From: Klebsiella phage KMI11
DNA: 64,000 nt
Direction: 5' to 3' (one strand)
Sequence record: MN101225.1
In this document: one piece after another, positions 1 to 9,538 of the stretch
How positions within the stretch are numbered: position 1 is the first letter of the stretch
Layout: each line of letters begins with the position of its first letter
Made by a program: the position numbers and the translations under genes
The notes under the pieces: generated by a model
Database searches by the model: none
Seen by the model: the letters and a program-made list of their open reading frames with translations, nothing else
Told to the model about the DNA's origin: nothing

Positions 1-437
1 ATGACCCAGGGTTTGAAGTAAAAACACCTTCTATCAATGATAAAGGATTTTATGCTGAAGCTCCTATTGGAGACAGCGTTATTCATATAGATGATGAAGG
101 ACAAGTTACCAATATTCCGGTTAGTATCACGGACCCCGAAGAATTTTTCAAAGCAATGGACAAAGTAGTTAAAATTGTTAAAACTGATGAAACCATTGAG
201 CTTCCTAAAAACTTTAGTCCAAACATGCAATTGCTAGGTAAGAACCCAGGATATATTACTCTTCCATGGTGGATTTACCAATGGATTAAAGATAACCCGG
301 ACTGGAAATCTCGGCCAACGTCGTTTGAACACCCATCAGCACACCAGACATTGTTTAGTTTAATCTATTACATCAAAAGAAACGGGTCTGTTATGATTCG
401 TGAAACACGTAATTCTTCATTTGTAACTTTAAAATAA
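1..437 (+). CDS. 3' portion of a CDS that starts upstream of the window; hypothetical protein. It occupies the position that inh holds next to hoc in T4.
   Basis: Frame 3 is open from nt 3 through the stop at 435-437, and the listed 93-aa ORF is its C-terminal end. I do not recognise the protein; the position argument is from the T4 map. Confidence 0.45.
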   Translation, partial: DPGFEVKTPSINDKGFYAEAPIGDSVIHIDDEGQVTNIPVSITDPEEFFKAMDKVVKIVKTDETIELPKNFSPNMQLLGKNPGYITLPWWIYQWIKDNPDWKSRPTSFEHPSAHQTLFSLIYYIKRNGSVMIRETRNSSFVTLK

Positions 438-446
438 GGAACACCT

Positions 447-1853
447 ATGGCTTATAGCGTATCTATTGCTCCTTTGGCTGCTTCGGCAGTCATTGGAGCA
501 ACAACCAATTTTACTGCAACAACTTCTGGAGCCGCAGCTGAAGGCACAGAAACGTTTGTATGGACAGTAAATGGCGTAAAACAATCTTCTGTTACCGCAG
601 CTATGAATTATGTTGCTGCAGGACCTGCCGGCAGTAAGACTGTTAAAGTAGTTGCTACTGTTACCCCAGCAGAGGGCGAGGCAGAAACTGCTGAGGCAGA
701 AACCACTCTTACAGTTCAGAACAAAACTATGCCTGCGATTACTTTAACTTTGAGCCCGACTTCTGTTTCTAAAGAAATTGGACAATCACAAGTAGTCACG
801 GCTGATGTTACTGGCGCCCCGTCAGGAGCAAGCATTGCTTATGTTTGGAAACGCGGCTCTTCTGTTATTTCTGGCCAAACGGGTAAAACAATTACCATAA
901 CTGAACCTGCGGAAGCTAATTACACATTGAATTGTGAAGTCACAGTTTCTGCAGCAAATTACAACCCGGCTACTGCAACTAAAGGTATTGCTGTTGCTTT
1001 TACTAAAAAGACCATGAGCGGCGTTTCAGTTGCTCTGACACCTAGTTCAATTACCGCTGAAAAAGGAGCAGAAGCATCTTTTAAAGCCGATGTTACTGGA
1101 GCGCCGGCGGGAGCATCTGTAGCTTACTCATGGACCAAAGACGGTTCTCCTGTAGAAGGCTCAACAAGCACTCTAGAAATTGATACATCCACTATCGGGT
1201 CTCAAGTAATTGAGGTTTCGGCTGTTGTTTCTGCTCCAGATTATAAACCTGTTACAGTTACTAAAACTGGTAATGTAACTATTACCAAAAAGACCATGAG
1301 CGGTGTTTCTGTTACTTTGACTCCTGAGTCTATTACGACCGAACAAGGGTCTGAAGCATCTTTTAAAGCCAACGTTATCGGTGCTCCAGAAGGTGCAACT
1401 GGGGTTTATTCTTGGACCAAAGACGGTTCTCCTGTAGAAGGCTCAACAAGCACGTTAGTGATTGACACGTCTGATATAGGGTCTCAAGTGATTGAGGTTT
1501 CTGTTGAGGTTTCCGCAGAAGATTACACCCCGATTACAGTCACTAAAACTGGCGATGTAACCATTACTAAAAGGGTAGCCCCGGAGCCAGACGGAGAACT
1601 TCCGTATATTCATCCTCTACCGTTCCGTGGAACAGCCTATATCTGGTGTGGATGGTGGGTAATGGATGAAATCCAACGAATGACTGTTGAGGGCAAAGAT
1701 TGGAAACTCGACGACCCTGATAGCGATTATTACCTGCATCGGTATACTCTGGCTAAAATGCTAGATGATTATCCAGAAGTCGATGTACAAGAATCTAGAA
1801 ATGGATACATTGTTCATCGTACTGCGCTGGAAGCAGGTATTATCTATCCTTAA
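447..1853 (+). CDS. hoc: Hoc, the highly immunogenic outer capsid protein, with tandem Ig-like domains and a C-terminal capsid-binding domain
   Basis: Repeated ~97-aa Thr/Ser/Val-rich Ig-like modules (TITKKTMSGVSV...YSWTKDGSPVEGSTSTL...) followed by a Trp-rich C-terminal domain. Sits in the T4 hoc position, convergent with rnlB and 24. Confidence 0.8.
   Translation: MAYSVSIAPLAASAVIGATTNFTATTSGAAAEGTETFVWTVNGVKQSSVTAAMNYVAAGPAGSKTVKVVATVTPAEGEAETAEAETTLTVQNKTMPAITLTLSPTSVSKEIGQSQVVTADVTGAPSGASIAYVWKRGSSVISGQTGKTITITEPAEANYTLNCEVTVSAANYNPATATKGIAVAFTKKTMSGVSVALTPSSITAEKGAEASFKADVTGAPAGASVAYSWTKDGSPVEGSTSTLEIDTSTIGSQVIEVSAVVSAPDYKPVTVTKTGNVTITKKTMSGVSVTLTPESITTEQGSEASFKANVIGAPEGATGVYSWTKDGSPVEGSTSTLVIDTSDIGSQVIEVSVEVSAEDYTPITVTKTGDVTITKRVAPEPDGELPYIHPLPFRGTAYIWCGWWVMDEIQRMTVEGKDWKLDDPDSDYYLHRYTLAKMLDDYPEVDVQESRNGYIVHRTALEAGIIYP
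1003..1581 (+). repeat. tandem direct repeat (2 x ~290 bp) encoding duplicated Ig-like domains of Hoc
   Basis: aaaaagaccatgagcggcgtttcagttgctctgacacc... at ~1003 recurs at ~1294 (aaaaagaccatgagcggtgtttctgttactttgactcc...) at roughly 85% identity. Confidence 0.7.
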
Positions 1854-1931
1854 TATTCGGGAGCCTTCGGGCTCCCTTTTTGCTATTCACGGATTGGTTT
1901 ATTATGTCCTCGTCACATAGATGAGGTTATT

Positions 1932-2159
1932 ATGAAAGCATTACAAGCTCACTTGATGCATGAAAGCGGAAAAGATTTTCAAGAAATTGCAAGAGCGTTA
2001 GATATCACTCCAGCCGAAGCCGCTAAGCTGTGGGTCTCTGTTGAGAAAGCACATGAGCGGTTTAAACAAAAAGAGAAAGTTGTATATCGAAAACGCTTAA
2101 CAAACGTTGATATAAAATCTCGTCATAAGAAACTTGTTAAACACATGAGGACTTTATAA
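1932..2159 (+). CDS. hypothetical small protein
   Basis: ORF with an upstream AGGT RBS, in the position of T4 24.3/24.2. Confidence 0.4.
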   Translation: MKALQAHLMHESGKDFQEIARALDITPAEAAKLWVSVEKAHERFKQKEKVVYRKRLTNVDIKSRHKKLVKHMRTL

Positions 2160-2485
2160 TGTCTAAAGTAGATAAAAAGGTAGAAGAGAAACTTGAGATG
2201 TTCCTAGAGCGCAAGTTTGCTCCTGCGGCGAGCAATATTAATGATTGGCGTTCTGCATCAAGATTTGTTGATAATATGATGGCTCGAATATTCGATAGCA
2301 CTTATTATAAAAATGGCGCACGCAAAATCTCAGATTTGATTAAAGAACGGTATGGAAAAATTGATTGGATGCTAATGGATGTAAATGTTCCGTTAGTATT
2401 AGAAGTTGGACCTAAAAACCAGTTTGAAATCATGCGAAATAAACACGACCAATTAATGTATCGCTTTGTTCCAAGCGGATATTAA
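2159..2485 (+). CDS. hypothetical protein
   Basis: ATGA overlap with the upstream ORF; phage-like codon usage. Confidence 0.45.
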   Translation: MSKVDKKVEEKLEMFLERKFAPAASNINDWRSASRFVDNMMARIFDSTYYKNGARKISDLIKERYGKIDWMLMDVNVPLVLEVGPKNQFEIMRNKHDQLMYRFVPSGY

Positions 2486-2598
2486 TTGCTTTAAAAATCG
2501 ATGTGGTATAATGGGCTCAGGGGAAATCCTCTGATACCATTACCCTTGTCCAAAATAGATGGACTCCTGGTTTTATTTTATTTATTGAGAGAAAAATT

Positions 2599-2856
2599 AT
2601 GAACCTTGCCGATAGAATGGCTAATACAGCCATCAATATTGCTACAGAAGAATTGAGTGCAGCAAAAGAAGAAGTATTAACTCAGATTGAGAAAACCGCT
2701 TTAGCGGGTCAACGTGAGTTAATTATGTATCCTAGCAGTTTAGTTAAAAAACACATCACAAACGTTCTTAATTATTTGCATGACGAAGGATTTGTTACAA
2801 ATTATACCAGTGCCCAGCGTAATGGTGATACTGACTTTATGAAAATCACATTCTAA
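2599..2856 (+). CDS. hypothetical protein
   Basis: ORF with a GAGAGAAAAATTATG RBS. Confidence 0.45.
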   Translation: MNLADRMANTAINIATEELSAAKEEVLTQIEKTALAGQRELIMYPSSLVKKHITNVLNYLHDEGFVTNYTSAQRNGDTDFMKITF

Positions 2857-2866
2857 GGAAATTATA

Positions 2867-3874
2867 ATGTTTGCAAAATATTCTAGTCTCGAGAACCACT
2901 ACAACAATAAGTTCATCGAGAAGATTCGTGGTGCTGGTTTTGATATGCACACTGTTGAGTGGGTAGCTCGTGAGAAGATTCATGGCACTAACTTTAGTGT
3001 GATTATTACTCCTACCGAAATCGTTCCGGCTAAGCGTACTGGACCTATTTTAGAAAGTGAAAGTTTCTTTGGTCATGATATTATCATGAAGAAGTATAAG
3101 GATTCTTTCGTTAAGATGCAGAACATGCTGAACGCCATGGATTTAGTATCTGTTCAAATCTTCGGCGAATTTGCTGGCGGTGGTATTCAGAAAGGCGTAG
3201 ATTATGGTGAGAAAGATTTCTACGTATTTGATATCTTGTCGGATTCCGGTAACGAAAAAGTTTATTGGGACGATTATGTAGTAGAATCGTTTGCTACTGG
3301 TCTTGGTCTTAAATTGGCTCCACTGCTTGGTCGTGGTTCATTCGCTGAGCTATCTCAGTACGTAAATGACTTTAAATCTATTGTCAATTACTACAATGAA
3401 CTTGTTGACACGACTGACCTTGAACATGCAAATAAACATGTGTTCGGTCCACAGGCTTCTTCTGAAACTGGCGTAGCTGAAGGCTATGTTCTTAAGCCGG
3501 TTCATCCTAAGTTCTTCAATAATGGTACTCGTGTTGCTATTAAGTGTAAGAACTCTAAGTTCAGTGAGAAGGCTAAATCCGATAAGCCTATTAAAGCGAA
3601 GGTTGAACTCACCGAGAATGATAAGCGTGTTCTGGAAATCTTTTCTGAATATGTAACCTGGAACCGTGTAAGTAACGTTCTGTCTCATATTGGTACTGTA
3701 ACTGCTAAAGATTTCGGTCGTGTTATGGGTCTGACTATGAAAGATATCATTAACGAAGCAGCACGTGAAGGTCATGACATGCTATTCGCTGATAATCCTT
3801 CTGCTGTTAAGAAAGAAATCACTACTTTAATTCAAAACACTATTCGTAGTAAATGGCATGAGGTTTTAGAATAA
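2867..3874 (+). CDS. rnlB: RNA ligase 2 (Rnl2)
   Basis: Near-collinear with T4 Rnl2: MF(A/K)KYSSLENHYN, REKIHGTNFS lysine-adenylation motif, RVAIKCKNSKFSEK(A/K)KSDKPIKAKVEL. Length 335 aa versus 334 in T4. Confidence 0.9.
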   Translation: MFAKYSSLENHYNNKFIEKIRGAGFDMHTVEWVAREKIHGTNFSVIITPTEIVPAKRTGPILESESFFGHDIIMKKYKDSFVKMQNMLNAMDLVSVQIFGEFAGGGIQKGVDYGEKDFYVFDILSDSGNEKVYWDDYVVESFATGLGLKLAPLLGRGSFAELSQYVNDFKSIVNYYNELVDTTDLEHANKHVFGPQASSETGVAEGYVLKPVHPKFFNNGTRVAIKCKNSKFSEKAKSDKPIKAKVELTENDKRVLEIFSEYVTWNRVSNVLSHIGTVTAKDFGRVMGLTMKDIINEAAREGHDMLFADNPSAVKKEITTLIQNTIRSKWHEVLE

Positions 3875-4422
3875 TGAGATTGGCGCTTATTGGTTCACGA
3901 GAAGCGCCACGCAGAGTTCTGAGTCTAATGACTACAATAGGTCAACGCCTCTCGGAAGAGGGGCATTTTTCATATTCAGGTGGAGCTCCGGGTTCAGATG
4001 AAGCGTGGTTGGCGAAATACGATAGGTCAAATTCTTGTAGGATTATTCCTTATTCTGGCTTTTGTGGTCACTTTCCTGATACAGGTGTTGTTGTATGGTC
4101 TGAGTTATCAAACGAAGCCAAAATCAAAAGCATCATTAAGGCGAGAGAAGTTACGTCGTACTGGGATGAATGCTCGAAGATAGTGCAGACTTTATTCGCA
4201 CGGAATTCTATGCAGGTATTGGGCCTAGAATGCACTGAGCCTGTAGATAAGGTATTATATTGGGCGCCTGAGAAAAGATGCGGGAGTGTATCTGGAGGGA
4301 CGAGAGTAGCTGTTGATATAGCTCGCAGGCACGGGATAGAATGTGTTAATCTATATGATAAGAAAGTGTTTAAATCCCTCGAGGAGGAATACTCTCCGAA
4401 GTTTGACATATTTAGTTTATAG
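3874..4422 (+). CDS. DprA/Smf-like (SLOG-type) Rossmann-fold protein
   Basis: LALIGSREAP...SGGAPGSDEAW and FARNSMQVLGLECTEP...GGTRVAVDIARRHG follow the DprA pattern (GSR..., SGxAxGxDxxAH, RNRxIxxLS). This is an extra gene between rnlB and 24 relative to T4. Confidence 0.5.
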   Translation: MRLALIGSREAPRRVLSLMTTIGQRLSEEGHFSYSGGAPGSDEAWLAKYDRSNSCRIIPYSGFCGHFPDTGVVVWSELSNEAKIKSIIKAREVTSYWDECSKIVQTLFARNSMQVLGLECTEPVDKVLYWAPEKRCGSVSGGTRVAVDIARRHGIECVNLYDKKVFKSLEEEYSPKFDIFSL

Positions 4423-4425
4423 CAA

Positions 4426-4447
4426 AAAGGGAGCCCGAAGGCTCCCA
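4426..4447 (-). terminator. rho-independent terminator after gene 24, with a GGGAGCC-UUCG-GGCUCCC hairpin
   Basis: Perfect GC hairpin with a UUCG loop followed on the minus strand by a T-run. It lies between convergent genes. Confidence 0.6.
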
Positions 4448-4451
4448 TAAA

Positions 4452-5732
4452 TTAGTCCGCAATCAGCTTAGGTAACTTAACACCGAGCATAACAGACATC
4501 TGACTTCTTCCTGCCATCTTATCCATATCCGCAGCATTAATCACACGAGCTTCGTCCTCGTCCAATCCTACAGTATATGGGTTAACCGACAGCGCGTAAC
4601 GAACCAGTAAAGCTACAGAAGGCTGCAAGCTAGCTGGGTCAACAATAACTTTAAATGCACCAACATGCTCAGGGTCGTCTAAATCAAGACCTTCGGTATA
4701 CGGCGCATAGAATAATGAACCTACAGTTTCCTTCCCACCAAATTCTGCCTTAACACCAACAATAACGTAATCAATCGGACTGTTAGTATCACAATACAGT
4801 GGAAGGCCGTTATTCAGAATGCCATATGCGTTTTCTGGAATAGTCCCATCGTTCTTCTGCATTAACCAACCAGAAGCTGCCAGCACCGCCGCGCAACGAG
4901 TAGATGCTACTGCATAAGTACCAGAATAAGAAGTATTACGTTGAACTGCTGAATTCATTTCACAAATGAAACGATACAGAGTACGACCTTGTTCCGGAGC
5001 AGAATCCTGCTTAGTTAAATCTAATACACCTTTATCGGATACACCAGTTACTTTAAACCGAGAAGAAACTGTAATCAATGATTGCAGGATGTCTTTATTA
5101 ATGTCTTCTGCCATTTCAGTAGCAAGTAAATCATCAATAAGCTCTGGAGCATCGAACCCGTTAGCTTCTAAGTCTTGAGCTAATTCTACAGTTAAATCCG
5201 TTTTAAGCTTACGCGATTTAACAGCTGTTTGCCATTTATCAATTTTAAAACTGGCTTCGGTGATTGGGTCTGAATCAGGTCCTTCGAATTTTTCAGTGAC
5301 TGCAGCATCTGACATCATACGAATATTATTAGCTGCTACTGCTTCAGATACAATTCCAAATTCGTCGGTTTCAGCTGTACCAGTAAACGGCCCGTCTTTA
5401 AGTACTTTAAAGACTACGTTCTGGTACTTAAACATGTCATCTTTATTAAAAGAATCTTTATTCGCCATAGTGAGTTCTTCAATTGACTCACGTTCCGGGG
5501 CGCCGATTTGACCTGCATAGGTTGCACCTGTATTAAACGTCAGGTCACCATTAGGGTTAAGATATTTAATACCATACAGTGCTGCTACAGGCTGTTTAGT
5601 ACGCTGTGTAGCAACAAGATCGGTATAGATTAATTTAGTGGTTGCGCGCGTTAATGCAACGAGATTAGGGCGACCAATTAAGTTGCTACTCGTTGTAGTT
5701 GACTCGCGCAGAAGTTCGTTGATTTTAGCCAT
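4452..5732 (-). CDS. 24: head vertex protein gp24
   Basis: 426 aa (T4 gp24 is 427). Paralogous to gp23, and adjacent to 23 on the same strand. Confidence 0.88.
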   Translation of the reverse strand: MAKINELLRESTTTSSNLIGRPNLVALTRATTKLIYTDLVATQRTKQPVAALYGIKYLNPNGDLTFNTGATYAGQIGAPERESIEELTMANKDSFNKDDMFKYQNVVFKVLKDGPFTGTAETDEFGIVSEAVAANNIRMMSDAAVTEKFEGPDSDPITEASFKIDKWQTAVKSRKLKTDLTVELAQDLEANGFDAPELIDDLLATEMAEDINKDILQSLITVSSRFKVTGVSDKGVLDLTKQDSAPEQGRTLYRFICEMNSAVQRNTSYSGTYAVASTRCAAVLAASGWLMQKNDGTIPENAYGILNNGLPLYCDTNSPIDYVIVGVKAEFGGKETVGSLFYAPYTEGLDLDDPEHVGAFKVIVDPASLQPSVALLVRYALSVNPYTVGLDEDEARVINAADMDKMAGRSQMSVMLGVKLPKLIAD

Positions 5733-5762
5733 TGCGCTTTCCTCTGTGGATTTATAAGTTTA

Positions 5763-5770
5763 TTTATATC
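5763..5770 (-). promoter_or_regulatory. T4-type late promoter TATAAATA for gene 24
   Basis: TATTTATA on the plus strand equals TATAAATA on the minus strand, about 30 nt upstream of the gene 24 start. Confidence 0.6.
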
Positions 5771-5788
5771 CATTAAAACAACTAAAGG

Positions 5789-5810
5789 GAGCCCGAAGGC
5801 TCCCTTATTG
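5789..5810 (-). terminator. hairpin terminator after gene 23
   Basis: GGGAGCC-CGAA-GGCTCCC inverted repeat immediately downstream of the gene 23 stop. Confidence 0.5.
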
Positions 5811-5813
5811 GTA

Positions 5814-7373
5814 TTAGATACCTTTAACCCATACACGACGGAAGTAAGCATTCTTACCAACAGAGTTGACGATAGAAGGCATACCAGAGGTAATACGACC
5901 TTTCGGCTGTTGAGCAGCAGAATCGGCGAACGGGTTAATACCGATACCGTAACGGGTTTTGAACCCCATGACCGGTTGGAAGTTCTTCGGATCGGAACCA
6001 CGCAGCGGGGTCAGTGCAACATACGGAGCATAGTAGATACCAGCATCCATTTCGTTAGCACCTTTATAACCGATGGTGAAGTAATCCTGACGAGCATACT
6101 GGTCGATGTATACACGGTAGCGACCACCCAGAACACCAGCAAATACTGCTTTAGTGGTGTCGGTATTATAACCACGACCCAGACCCTGAGCTGCCGGAGA
6201 TACGTTGGTATCAACAGCTGCCAGTACGTTAACTACGTTACGGGAAGCGATAATGAAGTTACCTTCACCGCGACCGGTCTGACGAGCGATTTCAGCGGAT
6301 TCTTTGTCAATCTGGAACAGCAGAGCTTTAAAGCTTTCACCTGCCCAACGAGCACCGCGGATATCAATCGGGTCTTGGAAGTCGAATACACCGGCTTTAG
6401 AACCAATAGTCTGGGTCATACCAGATTTACCAACCTGAGCGGAGTAGTTAATCCAGTCAACAACTTCACGGTTGATTTCCAGCATAATTTCGGTAGCCAG
6501 GATTGAACTCAGTTCAGCATCAGCGTCCATGCCATGAACAGCACGGAGGTCCTGAGCCAGTTCGATGGAATACTGTGCTTTCAGCTGACGAGATTTCGCT
6601 TCGATAGTTTGTTTATCGATACGGAAGCCCATTTCATTCCATGGGTTATCTTTAGAACCGTTAAATGCTTCTTGCAGTTCAGCAACGGAAGTAGCCATAC
6701 CTTCGGCGATTTCAACTACTTTACCAGCTTCCAGAGCAGCAGTAACTGCAGCGTCCAGTTTAGCAGCATCAGTAGCGCCAGCGTCTACAGTGAAATCTTC
6801 AACAACCTGCAGATGAGCACGACCGGTCTGTGCGAAATCGTGAACAACGATATCACCAACAGTCAGAGCATCACCAGCTTTAACTGCTTCGAACTTCTCA
6901 GTTGCACCCTGACCGGAGAACATTGCATCCGGAGCGTACATCGGATGGAAAGCTTCTTTAGCACCAGCAGCCAGAGGGTCTTTGCCGTAAACAGCGCGGA
7001 GAGCGAATACCTGACCGGTTGGGTTAGACATCGGCTGTACACCACAGATATCGAAAGCAATCAGGTTAGGGATAGCACGACGAACCATACCCATAACTGC
7101 CGGGCCAATCTGGGTTACAGCACCAGAGGTCTGACCAGCTGCGATGTTCTGTGCATCATAACCATGGTCACCGCCAATTTCTGCTTCAGACAGGAAAGAA
7201 CCAAATGCTTCAGCGATTTTTTCATCGCGGTATTCCGGAGCCTGATTAATATCAGCTTCCTGGTTTTCAAAAATCTTAGCGATCAGAGCTTTTTTGCTAG
7301 CGCCAACAATTTCCGGCAGAGCTTCGTTCTCAAGCAGCGGCTGCCATTTTTCGATAAGTTTATTCTTTTTCAT
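5814..7373 (-). CDS. 23: major capsid protein gp23
   Basis: 519 aa. The N-terminus MKKNKLIEKWQPLLENE... and overall collinearity match T4 gp23 (521 aa). Confidence 0.95.
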   Translation of the reverse strand: MKKNKLIEKWQPLLENEALPEIVGASKKALIAKIFENQEADINQAPEYRDEKIAEAFGSFLSEAEIGGDHGYDAQNIAAGQTSGAVTQIGPAVMGMVRRAIPNLIAFDICGVQPMSNPTGQVFALRAVYGKDPLAAGAKEAFHPMYAPDAMFSGQGATEKFEAVKAGDALTVGDIVVHDFAQTGRAHLQVVEDFTVDAGATDAAKLDAAVTAALEAGKVVEIAEGMATSVAELQEAFNGSKDNPWNEMGFRIDKQTIEAKSRQLKAQYSIELAQDLRAVHGMDADAELSSILATEIMLEINREVVDWINYSAQVGKSGMTQTIGSKAGVFDFQDPIDIRGARWAGESFKALLFQIDKESAEIARQTGRGEGNFIIASRNVVNVLAAVDTNVSPAAQGLGRGYNTDTTKAVFAGVLGGRYRVYIDQYARQDYFTIGYKGANEMDAGIYYAPYVALTPLRGSDPKNFQPVMGFKTRYGIGINPFADSAAQQPKGRITSGMPSIVNSVGKNAYFRRVWVKGI

Positions 7374-7393
7374 GTGTTGTATAACCTTTTAAA

Positions 7394-8206
7394 TTAAGAA
7401 AGACGAGCCGCTTGGGCCACATAAGCATCCATAACGGATGGGGTTTTAGTCGCAGGAGTTTCTTCTACTGCTTCAGTTGTGAAGTTTAAACCGTCTGCTT
7501 CTTTGTCGATAGTATTTATATCGGCAGATTCCGTTACAGACTGCTCTACAGAACCCTGCACCATTTCAACAATAGCTTTCAGCTTAGTTGAAAATGCGTC
7601 AGAATAATCCATGCCCTCTGTCAGAGAAACTACTTTCTCTTTTTGGGTATCAGTCAGTTCACGGGTTGCTTCTTGAATAGCATACTCGCGTTGGGCGTAA
7701 TTGATATAAGCATCACGCTTAGAAACTTCTTCAAATAAACGAGCAGTTTCTTCTTTTTGCTCAGCAAGTTCTTCTTCCATTTCAGCGACCACGTCTACTG
7801 ATTCTTCAGGAATTACAACATTGTGCTCAACAAACAGTTCTTTCATACCGCTAAACATGGATTCAAACAGGTCAGCTTTAATACCGCGGTCAACCGCCAG
7901 CTGGTTTTCTGCCATCCATTCTGCAGCGATATGGTCAAAGTATTTAGAAGCAGCTTCTTTCAGCTCTTCACGAGCTTCTTCTTTAGCTTTTTCTTTTTCT
8001 TCTTCTACTTTTTCTTCTGCTTTCTCAGCAATCTTTTCAATGTGAGATTCTGCCAGAGCTACGGCGTGTTTTTTGACTGTTGCTTCGAATACAGTGCTGA
8101 AGTTAGCTTTAGCTTCCGGAGAAAGCTGAACTGATTCGAAAATACTGTCAAGAGCGACGGAAGCATCGATAGTTTTAGCTTCGGTCATTAAAAGTTCTTT
8201 AAGCAT
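7394..8206 (-). CDS. 22: prohead core scaffold protein gp22
   Basis: 270-aa Glu/Lys-rich coiled-coil protein between 21 and 23. Confidence 0.85.
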   Translation of the reverse strand: MLKELLMTEAKTIDASVALDSIFESVQLSPEAKANFSTVFEATVKKHAVALAESHIEKIAEKAEEKVEEEKEKAKEEAREELKEAASKYFDHIAAEWMAENQLAVDRGIKADLFESMFSGMKELFVEHNVVIPEESVDVVAEMEEELAEQKEETARLFEEVSKRDAYINYAQREYAIQEATRELTDTQKEKVVSLTEGMDYSDAFSTKLKAIVEMVQGSVEQSVTESADINTIDKEADGLNFTTEAVEETPATKTPSVMDAYVAQAARLS

Positions 8207-8234
8207 TTTTGATGTCCTGTGTTAAGTTACATAA

Positions 8235-8242
8235 TTATTTAT
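8235..8242 (-). promoter_or_regulatory. late promoter TATAAATA for gene 22
   Basis: TATTTATA on the plus strand, about 30 nt upstream of the 22 start on the minus strand. Confidence 0.55.
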
Positions 8243-8889
8243 AACGCTTTTAACTTCTCTGCGAGAGCCATAAAAGCATCATCAGCACTATTGGCAACTT
8301 GTGCCGAGGTATTTTCCGAAATTTGTTTCGGTTGTACCCATGCATCCGGAGCACTAGGACCCCAAACTGCGTCTACACCAACAGTCAGGCGAAAGCCTTC
8401 TTGTACGATGTTATATCCTTTTCCTGAGTCTTTTAAAGAACCGAGTCCACGGCTTGATACACCAGGAATCCAACCAGCACGGATGTTAGCGGCTAATTTA
8501 TCACCTGGACCGTGGTCTCCTTCGATGATTCTTGCACGCCCATAAACATCGTTGCCTTTCCACCACATATCTTCGATAATGATTGCGGCTTGCATCGGGT
8601 CAACATTTGCGCGAGGTGGATGGTTTAATTCTCCTAGAGCCTGACGAGTAGCAACCTGCTCCTTAATATAACGACTTACCGCAGTCTCAAGAATGCGTTT
8701 TGGATAAAGACGTTTATTACGGTTTACTACTTCTGCCTGCATAAAAACACCTTCAATATACAGACCAGGTTTTAAGCCAGATTCATTTTCGCCTTCAACG
8801 ATAATAGATTCTAGCATTGGTTTACCATCAATTACATCGCCCGGTTGACCCCAATGCTCAATTAAAAGTTGTTCATTGAGGTTTTCCAT
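8239..8889 (-). CDS. 21: prohead core protease gp21
   Basis: 216 aa (T4 gp21 is 212). Conserved order 21-22-23. Confidence 0.85.
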   Translation of the reverse strand: MENLNEQLLIEHWGQPGDVIDGKPMLESIIVEGENESGLKPGLYIEGVFMQAEVVNRNKRLYPKRILETAVSRYIKEQVATRQALGELNHPPRANVDPMQAAIIIEDMWWKGNDVYGRARIIEGDHGPGDKLAANIRAGWIPGVSSRGLGSLKDSGKGYNIVQEGFRLTVGVDAVWGPSAPDAWVQPKQISENTSAQVANSADDAFMALAEKLKAL

Positions 8890-9314
8890 TAACTTAGCCC
8901 CAGAGCCTGACGGCGTTTAAGTGCTTTCTTACGTTTACGTAATCCACGAGTTTGAGCCGATGGATTAGCACGTTTTGATTTTACTGCTTTACGCGCGATT
9001 TGACGGCGTTTAGCTTTAGAAAGTCCAGTTGTTTGGAACGCGTTACGCTCACGTGTTTTACGATCCTTAGTACGTGTAATAGTACCTTTAGAATCAACAT
9101 GTTTAACGATAAATTCATTTAGTTGTAGAGATTCATTGATTGAACCTAAAGCAATTGCTAAATCAGGCTCAGAAACAACAAGATTCTCTACAATTTTATT
9201 TATATCATCTTTAGAGAGCGCTGCGGACAACTTATCAAAACGTGCCTGGGCTTCAGGAAGAAGAGCTTCGACAGTGTCGATAACTAATTCATGATTTTCA
9301 GGCAGTATAAGCAT
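8889..9314 (-). CDS. 68: prohead core protein gp68
   Basis: 141 aa, the same length as T4 gp68, with a basic C-terminus. Confidence 0.7.
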   Translation of the reverse strand: MLILPENHELVIDTVEALLPEAQARFDKLSAALSKDDINKIVENLVVSEPDLAIALGSINESLQLNEFIVKHVDSKGTITRTKDRKTRERNAFQTTGLSKAKRRQIARKAVKSKRANPSAQTRGLRKRKKALKRRQALGLS

Positions 9315-9538
9315 TACTCGTCCTCTTCGTCGTCTTCGTCTTTATCAGACTTATCTTCGTCTTCGTCGTCTTCATCTTCGTCCTCATCGGGCTCTTCACC
9401 CTCAATCATGACAGACGCTGCGATAATTTTTTTGCGCTCTTCAATTAAACCAGATGTCCGTTCAGCCATAATTGCACCAAAAGCTTTTTTGGCTGCTACG
9501 AGGTCTCTGGATTCAATTGCGGAAATATAATTTTCCAT
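9314..9538 (-). CDS. 67: prohead core protein gp67
   Basis: 74 aa with a poly-acidic C-terminal tail ([12 protein letters not shown]...), as in T4 gp67. Confidence 0.7.
   Translation of the reverse strand: MENYISAIESRDLVAAKKAFGAIMAERTSGLIEERKKIIAASVMIEGEEPDEDEDEDDEDEDKSDKDEDDEEDE

Noticed and set aside
5808-6506. 232-aa plus-strand ORF (and several shorter ones) lying antisense within the gene 23 coding region
   Set aside because: It is fully embedded in the strongly supported major capsid gene on the opposite strand. It has no RBS and looks like an antisense reading-frame artefact.
7374-7393. Looked for a TATAAATA late promoter immediately upstream of gene 23
   Set aside because: No exact TATAAATA lies within 40 nt upstream of the gene 23 start on the minus strand. 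Gene 23 may be served by the gene 22 promoter or by a variant element, so none is annotated.
9291-9530. Ser-rich 79-aa plus-strand ORF
   Set aside because: It is the antisense of the poly-acidic tail of gp67 (GAA/GAC repeats read as Ser codons); an artefact.
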